A stretch of 37,375 nucleotides of DNA from a virus (lineage: Duplodnaviria; Caudoviricetes), in the IMG/VR virus record IMGVR_UViG_3300012943_000687, positions 1 to 37,375 of that record. One strand, written 5' to 3'. Below, piece by piece: positions 1 to 9,328 of the stretch. Every line of letters starts with the position of its first letter. The first letter of the stretch is position 1. Under the pieces are notes generated by a model that was not told where the DNA came from, did no database searches, and saw only the letters and a program-made list of their open reading frames with translations. A program made the translations under genes and the position numbers.

Positions 1-327
1 TTAAATTCTGCCCCACTGATTGATCACAAATGTAACTGATCCGGATCCTCCATCCACCATTTTCAGTGCTGTCATTTTTTTGTTTTCAATTGTGAATGTT
101 TTTTGAATCCCGGTTAAATCTACATCACCATCAATTACAGATTCAAACTCGGTATCATTGAAATCAGCCAGTTCATTTGCTGTTAGCACTGGCCTGGCAA
201 GTGGGGTAATTGTTCCCGTGTTTCGTCCAGTAATGCTCACTTGAGTGAAAGCATATTCAGGATTTAATAGAATTGTTTTACTCCCTCCGCCAGCATGAAT
301 AACATTTTGTTCTCTTGGAATTTGCAT
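1..327 (-). CDS. hypothetical protein, last gene of the tail operon (beta-rich, 108 aa)
   Basis: ORF with GGAGA RBS, 11 nt after the previous gene's stop. Confidence 0.7.
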   Translation of the reverse strand: MQIPREQNVIHAGGGSKTILLNPEYAFTQVSITGRNTGTITPLARPVLTANELADFNDTEFESVIDGDVDLTGIQKTFTIENKKMTALKMVDGGSGSVTFVINQWGRI

Positions 328-338
328 AATTTAATCTC

Positions 339-2009
339 CTAAAAATATTTAGCATTGAATTTATTTGCGTTGAATTTAATTGCTGAAATGAAATTACTTT
401 CAGTATTTTCCGGAATTGCAATAACGTTGATTGTTAAAATCTGCTCACTATAGTTTGCTTCATTCGTTGCCCTTACTGTCACAGAAAACGATTGACCAAT
501 AGTTGGTGGTGTAATCCAAGACAACGCTGCTGTAGATGTATTGATGTTGAATGCTGCAGCATCAGCTCCGGATTTTGAATAAACTGTTGTTCCTTCCGTT
601 GATGTCGCTGCAGAATTTAAAACTGCAGTAGTGCCTTCAAATCTCGTTAATGTTGCATCCGCAGGCATTACAGGCGGCTCAATCACATTTATTATATTCA
701 CAGTAATGTCCTGTGAATCGGTTCCAAATTCAGTTTCAACAGTTACTGTTATGTGCTTAACATTGCTTCCGGATTCGTAGTTAATCGGCGAAATTAAATC
801 TACAAGTGCGGTATCTTCATCAATCGAAAATAGTGCAGAATCAGGGCCGCCTAAAGTATAAAATTTTGTCCCGCCCCCTGATGAAGCTACAAAAGTTCCG
901 ACAGCAGTTGTATTTTCGTTTACGTTGACAACTGTATCGTCAGACATAACCGGTGGAGCAGTGCTTGCAACTCCAAAAATTACATAATAACTGCGCGCAA
1001 TTCCTGTTGATGACTGAAGATGCCAGCAAAGATACTCCCCTTCTTCACCGTCAATTCTGCCTTGTTCGTCATAAGTCATGCCGTCAGGAAAGGCTATCTG
1101 ATCGGTAACAACCGCAACTGGATCCATCTCAAAAAGTCCAGCCTCTTCTGAATAATCTAATGTTCCACTTAGCGTTACATAGTCATAACCGTCTGGAGGC
1201 AAGAAATTTGTGGTTGTTGTCGGTGCGCCTTCTGGCCCTGTAATAGTTACAGTTTTTGTCCCATATAATCCGTTAACAGTTTCGTCTACAAGCGGTGGAA
1301 TTGAATGTGTTCCGGTGCCATCAGTATCATCAATATCTATAGCAGCTAGACCACCAATGCTAACAGCAGTTACATCACTCAGGTCGGTTGCATAGCCTAT
1401 ACCGATTTCGCCGTTACGAACTGCACTGGGATAGGATTCAATAGTGCCTGCAATTTTTGTAAGTACTGCCCCATTCAAATACCCATAACTTGAGCCAGGT
1501 GCAGCCGTAAAAGAAAACGCGATAACACCACCGACGGGAGCAACAAGAAACTCCGCATAAGGAGCAACTGTGCCGGATGGCGGATTTGCCGCATCAACAT
1601 CTACTGACGCGCTACCGCTAACTGCCCCGGTAGTTACTACAAATCTAGTTACTCTTGAACCATCACCTCGCGCAACATCACGAGAAGCCGCTAAAATTAA
1701 CCGATAATTACCATCCGGGACGCTTGTAAAAGCGTAGGAACCAGTGTTACCGGAATCTAGATAAGTCGCGTCATAACAAATATTATTACTGACCCAAGGA
1801 GCAACACTCAAAGCATTGTTGCCATAGTGAGGGCCTGTTGTGCTGTCGGCTCCAGCGCTTGCATCGAAATCAATTACTGTAACTGTCGCGTCATCAATCG
1901 TTACTAGATTTGAAAAACTATCAGCAGCAGAACTTACGAGATATTCCCCGGAATTTACTGGTTTTGCAGCCTCGCCAAACGAAATTACTATTGGAAGTAT
2001 GTCGGTCAT
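339..2009 (-). CDS. cadherin-repeat / Ig-like putative virion adhesin or accessory protein
   Basis: Two C-terminal cadherin-like repeats (PPVM..VNVNENTTAV..YTLGGPDSALFSID..INYE..DITVNIINVIEPP; ..GADAAAFNINTSTAALSW..VTVRATN). Acidic and Thr/Ser-rich; no signal peptide. Confidence 0.65.
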   Translation of the reverse strand: MTDILPIVISFGEAAKPVNSGEYLVSSAADSFSNLVTIDDATVTVIDFDASAGADSTTGPHYGNNALSVAPWVSNNICYDATYLDSGNTGSYAFTSVPDGNYRLILAASRDVARGDGSRVTRFVVTTGAVSGSASVDVDAANPPSGTVAPYAEFLVAPVGGVIAFSFTAAPGSSYGYLNGAVLTKIAGTIESYPSAVRNGEIGIGYATDLSDVTAVSIGGLAAIDIDDTDGTGTHSIPPLVDETVNGLYGTKTVTITGPEGAPTTTTNFLPPDGYDYVTLSGTLDYSEEAGLFEMDPVAVVTDQIAFPDGMTYDEQGRIDGEEGEYLCWHLQSSTGIARSYYVIFGVASTAPPVMSDDTVVNVNENTTAVGTFVASSGGGTKFYTLGGPDSALFSIDEDTALVDLISPINYESGSNVKHITVTVETEFGTDSQDITVNIINVIEPPVMPADATLTRFEGTTAVLNSAATSTEGTTVYSKSGADAAAFNINTSTAALSWITPPTIGQSFSVTVRATNEANYSEQILTINVIAIPENTESNFISAIKFNANKFNAKYF

Positions 2010-2011
2010 CG

Positions 2012-3508
2012 CTAAACTCCCGCACTATAAGTTGGCAGCAGACCGAGCACTTCGGTGCTGAGTTGATACGCGCCTGCGTTTGTACCGTCAGGCATCAAAC
2101 CAATAGCGCCAGAACCTCCCGCATACGAATAATCATTCGCCGCGCGGTCAGTGAAAAGGGACGATGCCGACACAACAATAGAATGTGAATCCGGATTTGA
2201 TAAACCTAAATGCTGGGGAGTTCCTGCAGTTGCTGCCTGCCAGGTTGCTATATCGTTAAATGTCATTGAATTAGCGCCGTAGCGATTAGGAATGACCTGG
2301 AAGTTTGTATAAACGTTGTAATCCGATTCAGTAATTCGCGTGATTGCATTTTCATCATCATCGTATAGCGTTGTTAGTGCTAAAGAACCACCGCAAAGAA
2401 TATTCCCCCAACTTTCAATTTGCGCAAATGCTGATGCTGAAAAATGCGTAGTAGCACCAGTTGTTATGTCAATAATATTATGAGCAAGTCGCACTCTCGT
2501 AGACTGACCCTGTGCCCCACCCATCCGCGCCTGTACTGCTTCTTCCGTTGTTCCGTCAAAACCAAACATCACGTTATGATGAATATATTCAAAACCCGCT
2601 TCGCATGATCCGCTGCCGCGAATACCGATATTAATCGAGCTGCCCTTGCATTTTAGTTCACAATATCTAACTTCAACACCAGCGTACGGCGTTGTTGGCG
2701 AATCAGTTTCAACGAAGTGGTCTTTGAGAAAAATACCGAAGTCAACCGCATCAGTTTTAATGTGCTCGACAATCATATTTATGCAACCATAGGTTTGGAT
2801 TGCTGATGCAAGAGTAGATCCCTCTGCTGATATATTTTTGATAAATAAATTTCTAATTATCCAGTCTTTTGTCCCCCATGGGCCGATGCCCGAAATATTA
2901 TTACCTTCGGCTCCAGTCACACCATCAATCAAGCAGTTTTCTATACGCACACCAGTCGATAAATTTTCTAAATTAGGTATCCGATCCGGAACTTGCCCGT
3001 TGTTAATGATTCCAGCTTCACGACAATTTTCTATTCGTATGCCGTAAAAATTCCAATAGTCTTGGTCATTAATATGTAAACCTACTTGCGTTCCGCCGCC
3101 GTCTATAATGACTAAACCTTCATCGCCCGGAAACGCAATCATTGAGCATCGATTATCAATTTCACCACTTATTAACAATCCCAGAGCGCAAGGGTGACTA
3201 AACCAAGTCTGTGCGGAAACGAAAGCACTTAATGCAGTGCTTTCGTAATAAGTTCCTGCGCGAAGTATTATCGTGTCTCCCAACTCCATTACTGATAATG
3301 CTTTATTTATTTCCTTATATGGTGCGCCAAGTGATCCATCGCCGCTTTCATCGTCGCCATCTGTCGCCACATAAATTCCTACACCGTTTCCAAACTGTAT
3401 GTTGCCTACCGAGGGCGGACGATTGCCTAGCGCGTACAAAGTGGCAAACGTTGGCTGTGACGGATTCGCAATTAATACACCAGTTTTATCTTGATTAGTT
3501 TGCGTCAT
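2012..3508 (-). CDS. right-handed beta-helix (pectate-lyase-like) protein, putative tailspike/depolymerase
   Basis: IYVATDGDDESGDGSLGAPYKEINKAL..GDTIILRAGTY motif typical of parallel beta-helix proteins, plus repeated I-x-N-x-x-I rungs. Start reassigned to ATG 3508 (GAGG RBS). Confidence 0.75.
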   Translation of the reverse strand: MTQTNQDKTGVLIANPSQPTFATLYALGNRPPSVGNIQFGNGVGIYVATDGDDESGDGSLGAPYKEINKALSVMELGDTIILRAGTYYESTALSAFVSAQTWFSHPCALGLLISGEIDNRCSMIAFPGDEGLVIIDGGGTQVGLHINDQDYWNFYGIRIENCREAGIINNGQVPDRIPNLENLSTGVRIENCLIDGVTGAEGNNISGIGPWGTKDWIIRNLFIKNISAEGSTLASAIQTYGCINMIVEHIKTDAVDFGIFLKDHFVETDSPTTPYAGVEVRYCELKCKGSSINIGIRGSGSCEAGFEYIHHNVMFGFDGTTEEAVQARMGGAQGQSTRVRLAHNIIDITTGATTHFSASAFAQIESWGNILCGGSLALTTLYDDDENAITRITESDYNVYTNFQVIPNRYGANSMTFNDIATWQAATAGTPQHLGLSNPDSHSIVVSASSLFTDRAANDYSYAGGSGAIGLMPDGTNAGAYQLSTEVLGLLPTYSAGV

Positions 3509-3515
3509 TTTTTCC

Positions 3516-4595
3516 TCAACTTTCCGCGATCGGATCAAGGCGAGATTTAATAGCATCCGCGCTGCTTTTTTGTCCGGAAAAAGTCCCGGCTTGAATCGGT
3601 GGCTGTGTGGTTAACGGAACACCGTTATCGGTATATTGATGCGTATGAGTCGAAGCAGTGTTAGCAATATTTGACACCACTTGAATTAAATCACTGAGAA
3701 TGATTAAAACATTTTCACTCTCTGACCCAAGCCAAACTGTTCCGCCATCTTTGACTTTCAATAAATGTTTTATTTCTGCGATTGAAGAAATAATATTCCC
3801 AACAATTGTTGTTAAATCATTCTCAATATTTTGAGTTGAATCGTTGCCAATGTTTTGTAGGAAATCATTTGCAATATCTTGACTTGAATCATTGCCAATG
3901 CTTTGTTTTGCATTCCGCCCGATCTTATTATTTTGATCACTGGCAGTTGTAATATTTAAATTATCAACAGCGCCAATATTTAACGTTCCTGCACTCAATA
4001 ATTTTAATGCACCAAGCGCCTCAATTATTTTTACCCCGACAACTTGTTCTGTGCTGTTGTGTTTAACCAGGGAGTAGAAATCTTGGGCTGTAGTCGTTGA
4101 GCTGTAGCAGTGCAAAACATACTGCATACAGTCATCAAAAATATTTGCATCAGTTTCACGAATCCAGTTGCCGGCCGTGTCCGCGCGCTGGAAAACTCCG
4201 GGGGCGGCCTGAAGAACCATTTCGCCCACTTCAATTTTGGGCAAACTTAAACCTTCAGATAAAATAGTTCGCACAAAAGGTTTTGACGGCAAGCCCCAGG
4301 CAAACGCCAATTCAACCATTGTTCCAGGCTCGGGGAAGCCCATTGCGCCACGTTCCAGGCCAGCTGCAGCCAACGGCAAGGGAACGGACCTGAATACGGG
4401 TAAAAGTTCGTCAGGCTCGCCGGTTGTGCGCAATACTTGAAGATCCACAGCGTAACGAGGTCTAAATTTTTCGCTTAACGATTCAGTGTTTAATGGATCA
4501 CTGATGGCAACAACACGAGCAATAACTGGCAGATCCATTTTGCTGAATAATTGTTGATGATTCCGCTCGTTTATACGCTTGATCTGTTCGTCCAT
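3516..4595 (-). CDS. baseplate spike / puncturing protein (gpV/gp5-like)
   Basis: FRPRYAVDLQVL..G.FPEPGT.VELAF motif like the C-terminal half of the last HP1/K139 tail gene, gp5-like beta-repeats, and a C-terminal THTH metal-binding tip motif. Start reassigned to ATG 4595. Confidence 0.75.
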   Translation of the reverse strand: MDEQIKRINERNHQQLFSKMDLPVIARVVAISDPLNTESLSEKFRPRYAVDLQVLRTTGEPDELLPVFRSVPLPLAAAGLERGAMGFPEPGTMVELAFAWGLPSKPFVRTILSEGLSLPKIEVGEMVLQAAPGVFQRADTAGNWIRETDANIFDDCMQYVLHCYSSTTTAQDFYSLVKHNSTEQVVGVKIIEALGALKLLSAGTLNIGAVDNLNITTASDQNNKIGRNAKQSIGNDSSQDIANDFLQNIGNDSTQNIENDLTTIVGNIISSIAEIKHLLKVKDGGTVWLGSESENVLIILSDLIQVVSNIANTASTHTHQYTDNGVPLTTQPPIQAGTFSGQKSSADAIKSRLDPIAES

Positions 4596-5296
4596 CGAGT
4601 CCCCCAGGGATTCGCATCCCATGTAATATTTTGGTGCTGTCCATCCCACTGCAATTTTGTTATGTAATGCCCGGTGCTAAGTTGCACACCCGGACGCAAC
4701 TTTGGCAATGCAGGAATTTTTGCACTATTTGCCAGGCCGCTGTTGTCTTGCATATCAACTGGGATTTCGACTGGCTTACCTGCCCAATAGCTATCATCCC
4801 AACTACCGCAAAAAATCTTTCCGTCTCCCTGTTGCTGCCAAATAAATTTTGGTATTGAAAAAATCTGCGCAATTGAATCCATGCACATATATCCACTTCC
4901 AACCGAGAAAAATGCAGGCGCTTTTTTGTCTGCATAGGCAGCACCCGGAATAATAAATTCAAGCCCGGTCTCAGCACTAATAGCCGCCACAATTTCTTTG
5001 ATATTAATATTGCGTAAGCTCATCGGCACCAACCGAAATAAAACACTGGATAATTCCCTGCAAAAAATACGCTGTTGACGTTTATCAATTTGAAAACTGT
5101 TTTCAATCCAACCAAAAAACACTTGTTGCAATTGCTGAGGATCATAACCAGCAGTAAAAATAACTAATCCGGACAGTTTTTTATCCGCATCTACATCAAA
5201 AGAGGCGCGACCGGGATTAAATAAATCCAGCCTCACCTGATCAACATTTAATTGATATGCAACACCATCAACCGTGATTCGCTTTGTTAGTTTCAT
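4571..5296 (-). CDS. baseplate hub-like tail protein (gpD/gp27-like)
   Basis: WQQQGDGKIFCGSWDDS and LRPGV motifs resemble the N-terminal half of the last HP1/K139 tail gene; position in the operon. Confidence 0.7.
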   Translation of the reverse strand: MKLTKRITVDGVAYQLNVDQVRLDLFNPGRASFDVDADKKLSGLVIFTAGYDPQQLQQVFFGWIENSFQIDKRQQRIFCRELSSVLFRLVPMSLRNINIKEIVAAISAETGLEFIIPGAAYADKKAPAFFSVGSGYMCMDSIAQIFSIPKFIWQQQGDGKIFCGSWDDSYWAGKPVEIPVDMQDNSGLANSAKIPALPKLRPGVQLSTGHYITKLQWDGQHQNITWDANPWGTRWTNRSSV

Positions 5297-5820
5297 GACA
5301 ATGCTTTTTCAGCTTTATATAAAAGCTGCTCAAATCCGGTTTTGGGTGCAAGCGTATCGTTTTCTTGCTCTTGTTCTTGCGAAGAAATAATTTCCCCGGT
5401 AGATGATTGCGGTGTGCCGGTTTCAGTCGCTGTCCGTTGCTCAGTTTTTTCTGGTACAGACAAATATTCAGTTAAACTGAACTGCACGTTCCACGATTTA
5501 AGCGCTCCATCTTCACGTGCTGCAAAACTATCGCTGAATCTAACTTGGCGAACTTTCACCGCGTTTGCAGTTTGATCAACAATGTCATAAATATGCAGCG
5601 CACCATCACTCTTGGTCGCTTGGGCAATCATCATTAATTTTGATAAATCATTTTCGTCAACAAATGGAACTGACAGGCTCACATTAAACACTTTTGGCTT
5701 AATTCCTTTGTGCGCGCTATCTGTTGCGCTGGTTTGTGACCCGAGCGATTCAGAATCAAATGCCATGGTCATAGTGACGCGAAGATTTTTATTTGGCACT
5801 TGATAATCATCGAGCATCAT
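5293..5820 (-). CDS. HP1-like baseplate/tail-tube initiator protein
   Basis: SQTSATDSAHKGIKPK and W.VQFSLTEYLSVPEK motifs of the HP1-like conserved tail gene; ATGA-coupled to its neighbours. Confidence 0.7.
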   Translation of the reverse strand: MMLDDYQVPNKNLRVTMTMAFDSESLGSQTSATDSAHKGIKPKVFNVSLSVPFVDENDLSKLMMIAQATKSDGALHIYDIVDQTANAVKVRQVRFSDSFAAREDGALKSWNVQFSLTEYLSVPEKTEQRTATETGTPQSSTGEIISSQEQEQENDTLAPKTGFEQLLYKAEKALS

Positions 5821-6719
5821 AATCCAAGAACCTCTTTAACCAACGACAGCTTTCCAGATTCCGCAGTAAATAAAACACAACATGCCAATGGATCATCATG
5901 ACTAAGGCCGCTGCTATCTAAAGTGCTTTTAATTTGCGCTGCAGTTTGCCCACTAAAAAATGCACCACGACCAACACCGCCAGAAAAAATACTTTGTACT
6001 TGTGTAACTGCATCTGTTGCCGAATCAATAGCCGTTTGTTTTTTTGTAATTAAATCTTGAATTTCGTCATCAGGTGACAATGCTCCAATCTCATATCCAA
6101 CAGCATGGCTGCATAGTTCGCCGGTAACACTAAAGGCTTTTTCAGAAAGCCCAATACCCGCAATTCCCTTTCCTCTCCATCGAGCATTAATTGCAGCATC
6201 AGGTAATAATTGTTTGTCTTTTTCGACCGTTGATAATTGTGCGGATCTGCGTTGGCACATCAACAAATTAGCAACGGGAAAAACGTCAGTGAATTGTTTT
6301 AATGTTTTTGAAAAACCATCAAAGTCTTTGGATGAAATAACTAATGCTATTGCATCCATGGTGATCGTTAGACGATTTGAATCAGGTGTATCAATCAATT
6401 TGTTTGCGGCTGCTTGTGCAGCATTAGCGGGTGACAAATAGCGAAAATGTGATTCGCCTTGGCCAACACCTTGAGTCCATGGATGAACACAAACCATTTT
6501 CACGTTAGAAAAAATAATGTCTTTCAATGCCGCATAGCTTACTGCACTTCCTGCAGCATCAGCCGACACAGGATTATTTTCTATTGTGATTTCCGGCGCA
6601 CCCGTTAATCTTCCGCTGGCGGAATCTAACTCGCTGCCAGCGTTTGTTAATGCTGCATCACAATCACTGACAATATCACTCAGCGTTGGCGGCCATGAAA
6701 AACTTATGTCATTAAACAA
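5817..6719 (-). CDS. HP1-like conserved tail-region protein
   Basis: VHPW..G..YLSPANA motif; position after the tail fibre as in HP1/K139-like phages. Confidence 0.6.
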   Translation of the reverse strand: MFNDISFSWPPTLSDIVSDCDAALTNAGSELDSASGRLTGAPEITIENNPVSADAAGSAVSYAALKDIIFSNVKMVCVHPWTQGVGQGESHFRYLSPANAAQAAANKLIDTPDSNRLTITMDAIALVISSKDFDGFSKTLKQFTDVFPVANLLMCQRRSAQLSTVEKDKQLLPDAAINARWRGKGIAGIGLSEKAFSVTGELCSHAVGYEIGALSPDDEIQDLITKKQTAIDSATDAVTQVQSIFSGGVGRGAFFSGQTAAQIKSTLDSSGLSHDDPLACCVLFTAESGKLSLVKEVLGL

Positions 6720-6733
6720 TTGTGAACTCCGAT

Positions 6734-8794
6734 TTAAGAAAGATTAGTCAGCATCAGATGAGAACCTTCTAAAATTGAAGTATTGCTGCCATTTGAAACA
6801 GATTGCGACCAATCAACGCGAACGGTTGAAGCGCTTGTAACTTTCAAGATGCCACTAAACATTAGTACTTCGACTTGTGACGCTGCATTTGCAGCTTTTT
6901 CAAAGACTGCATCACTAAATCCTCCTGACTTAGCGATCGGCGTAGCAATCGTTCCAAATGTATTTGTTGGTGCTATAAATAAATTTCCTAAAACTTGCGC
7001 GCCTCCGGTTATTTGCAATAACACCTTAATACCTGCAGCGGCATTACCAGCTGACCATCTAATCATTCCCTCTACCTTATAAAGCCCGGTAGCTGGTGGT
7101 GTAATAGTTAGGTCAGGATCAGCGGCTACTGTTGTAGTACTATTTCTTGCTGTCGTTGATGTCTTGGCTACTTTTTGTGGCGCTGAAGTTAAGCTAGAAG
7201 CCAAATCATCAACTGCTGTTTTAACAAAAGCAGTAGTTGCAAGTCGCATATTATTTGTTCCAGCTGCTTGAGTTGGCGCAGTAGGATTACCGGTCAAGGC
7301 AGGTGATGCTAGCGGCGCTTTTAAACCCAAATCCGTAGCGATATCTGATGACAAATCATCAACTGCTGTTTTAACAAAAGCAGTAGTTGCAAGTCGCGTA
7401 TTATTTGTTCCAGATGTTTGAGTTGGCGCAGTAGGATTTCCTGTCAGTGCCGGTGATGCTAAAGGCGCTTTTAAACCCAATGCAGTAGCAATGGTTGCTG
7501 AAAAGTTTGGGTCATCACCTAGCGCCGCTGCAAGTTCATTAAGTGTATCTAACGTGGATGGCGAACTCGCAATCAGATTAGCAATTGCAGTTTTAACAAA
7601 AGCCGTGGTTGAAATTTTTGTACTATTGTCGGCTGCTGATTGTGTTGGCGCGGTAGGGTTTCCTGTCAGTGCCGGTGATGCTAAAGGCGCTTTTAAACCC
7701 AATGCAGTTGCTATGGTTGTCGCAAAATTTGGATCGTTGCCTAACGCTGCTGCCAGCTCGTTTAATGTATCCAATGCTGCAGGCGAACTCGCAATCAAAT
7801 TAGCAATTGCGGTTTTAACAAACGCAGTCGTTGAAATTTTTGTACTATTATCAGCGGCTGATTGCGTTGGCGCAGTAGGATTTCCTGTTAGTGCTGGTGA
7901 TGCTAACGGCGCTTTTAAATTCAACATATCCAACAGTGTTTGCATAATTGAATGCGTAACACCGGTAATATTTTTTCGTAAATCTGTTACAGCATATCCG
8001 GCTGTTACACTGGCAATTTTTACAAGGTAATGAACAACACCTGAAACAGTGTAATTCGATAAAGGAGCACCTGCTGTAGATGTTTTAAATTCATAAATTA
8101 CTGTAGAGCTGCTCGCATCTGCATCAAGCCATGCCTCTATGTAAATATCCTTTGGTAAAACCCCAGTGGTAATTAACTGGTCAGACGCTAAATTTATTCT
8201 CCAACCGCCAACATAACCAGCACCGGCTGTTGCGTAAACATCAGAACCACTCGCATAAATTAAAAAACCACTGCTAACAAAAAAACCTTCGCCAAAAATA
8301 TCCGCATAACCAAACCGAACGTCTTCATGAATATTTTCTAGCCTTCCCAAGAAATCGATTTGCCAGGCTTCAGCAGCAACATCAATTCCTGTTGTTGTTG
8401 TGGCGTTGTTGTACTGCATTAAAAAATTTCGAGTGAGCGAGTTTCCAACATCAAGCCCGACAGTTTGGTATTTATATTGAGGCGGAATATAACTCACCGC
8501 AATTAGTGTATCGTCCTCATCAACTAAGCCAACCCAGTTGAATGTAAAATTTCCAATGGCCGGGCCAAGAATGGTGCTGTAAACAACTTTGTCGTCTGCA
8601 ACATATCCCTGCGACAATACCGCTTCAGTGTGTACGATATCGCCAGGATCAGGCATAACCTCTGACAAACTGACAGGATCTTCAGGGTCTAATCCGTCGA
8701 TATATGCAAACACAAAATTTGTTACTAATAGAGGTTCACCTGCACCTTGTTTGATTGCAATTTTTGCGCGCCCGGAATCTACAATATTAGCCAT
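6734..8794 (-). CDS. tail fibre protein (tail-collar fibre N-terminal domain + fibre repeats)
   Basis: N-terminal VVYS..L...IGNFTFNWVGL..GNSLTRNFLM..AEAWQIDF domain, followed by KAPLASPALTGNPTAPT and LDTLNELAAALGNDPNF fibre repeats. Confidence 0.9.
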   Translation of the reverse strand: MANIVDSGRAKIAIKQGAGEPLLVTNFVFAYIDGLDPEDPVSLSEVMPDPGDIVHTEAVLSQGYVADDKVVYSTILGPAIGNFTFNWVGLVDEDDTLIAVSYIPPQYKYQTVGLDVGNSLTRNFLMQYNNATTTTGIDVAAEAWQIDFLGRLENIHEDVRFGYADIFGEGFFVSSGFLIYASGSDVYATAGAGYVGGWRINLASDQLITTGVLPKDIYIEAWLDADASSSTVIYEFKTSTAGAPLSNYTVSGVVHYLVKIASVTAGYAVTDLRKNITGVTHSIMQTLLDMLNLKAPLASPALTGNPTAPTQSAADNSTKISTTAFVKTAIANLIASSPAALDTLNELAAALGNDPNFATTIATALGLKAPLASPALTGNPTAPTQSAADNSTKISTTAFVKTAIANLIASSPSTLDTLNELAAALGDDPNFSATIATALGLKAPLASPALTGNPTAPTQTSGTNNTRLATTAFVKTAVDDLSSDIATDLGLKAPLASPALTGNPTAPTQAAGTNNMRLATTAFVKTAVDDLASSLTSAPQKVAKTSTTARNSTTTVAADPDLTITPPATGLYKVEGMIRWSAGNAAAGIKVLLQITGGAQVLGNLFIAPTNTFGTIATPIAKSGGFSDAVFEKAANAASQVEVLMFSGILKVTSASTVRVDWSQSVSNGSNTSILEGSHLMLTNLS
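7200..7920. repeat. tandem intragenic repeats in the tail fibre gene (222, 222, 150 bp periods)
   Basis: GGCGCTTTTAAA recurs at ~7314, 7464, 7686 and 7908; four KAPLASPALTGNPTAPTQ units. Confidence 0.9.
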
Positions 8795-8803
8795 GTTTGC
8801 CTC

Positions 8804-9328
8804 TTAGTATTGCGCACTGTCTAGCGCCCAATCGTTATTAAATTCAATCGTTGCGATATCAACACCAATGTTGGTGATGACACTAAATTCATATCGTCTG
8901 CAAGTGCGGCCGTACTGCTCAATCATTATTCTTAACAGATCAGCACTTTGTGAAAGTTGATTGTCAGATAGTCTCAGCACAATTACATCCCAGTCCTTTC
9001 CTGGTACGCGTTCTTCAACTTCTACATAACCAATTCCAAGTCTTGAAAAAATCCTTTTTATTCCTGCAATTGAACCTGCATCACGTGCATTTACAAACGC
9101 ATATTTAACACGCAAACGAAACAACCAAAGCGGTTCCGTTGGAAAACGATCAATGTCACGCTGCCATGCAATTATTTTTAAAACTCCTGTCGTGCAAGTA
9201 TCAACATTCAGTTGTGTAAGCGGCCAGCGCAATCCCTGTTCTATTTTTTCCCAATAACCCTGCGCCATTTTTATTAATGGAATTGACGTTCCAGTATTAT
9301 TCCAAAATGGCAGATCTAACTTAAACAT
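8804..9328 (-). CDS. baseplate/tail protein (P2 gpI-like)
   Basis: AWQRDIDRF..EP..LFRLRVKYAF.NA.DAGS motif; follows the J-like gene. Confidence 0.85.
   Translation of the reverse strand: MFKLDLPFWNNTGTSIPLIKMAQGYWEKIEQGLRWPLTQLNVDTCTTGVLKIIAWQRDIDRFPTEPLWLFRLRVKYAFVNARDAGSIAGIKRIFSRLGIGYVEVEERVPGKDWDVIVLRLSDNQLSQSADLLRIMIEQYGRTCRRYEFSVITNIGVDIATIEFNNDWALDSAQY

Noticed and set aside
7200-7920. Tail fibre repeats as a DGR template/variable pair or an invertible segment
   Set aside because: No reverse transcriptase or invertase in the window; repeats are in-frame tandem units with mostly synonymous, non-adenine-specific differences.
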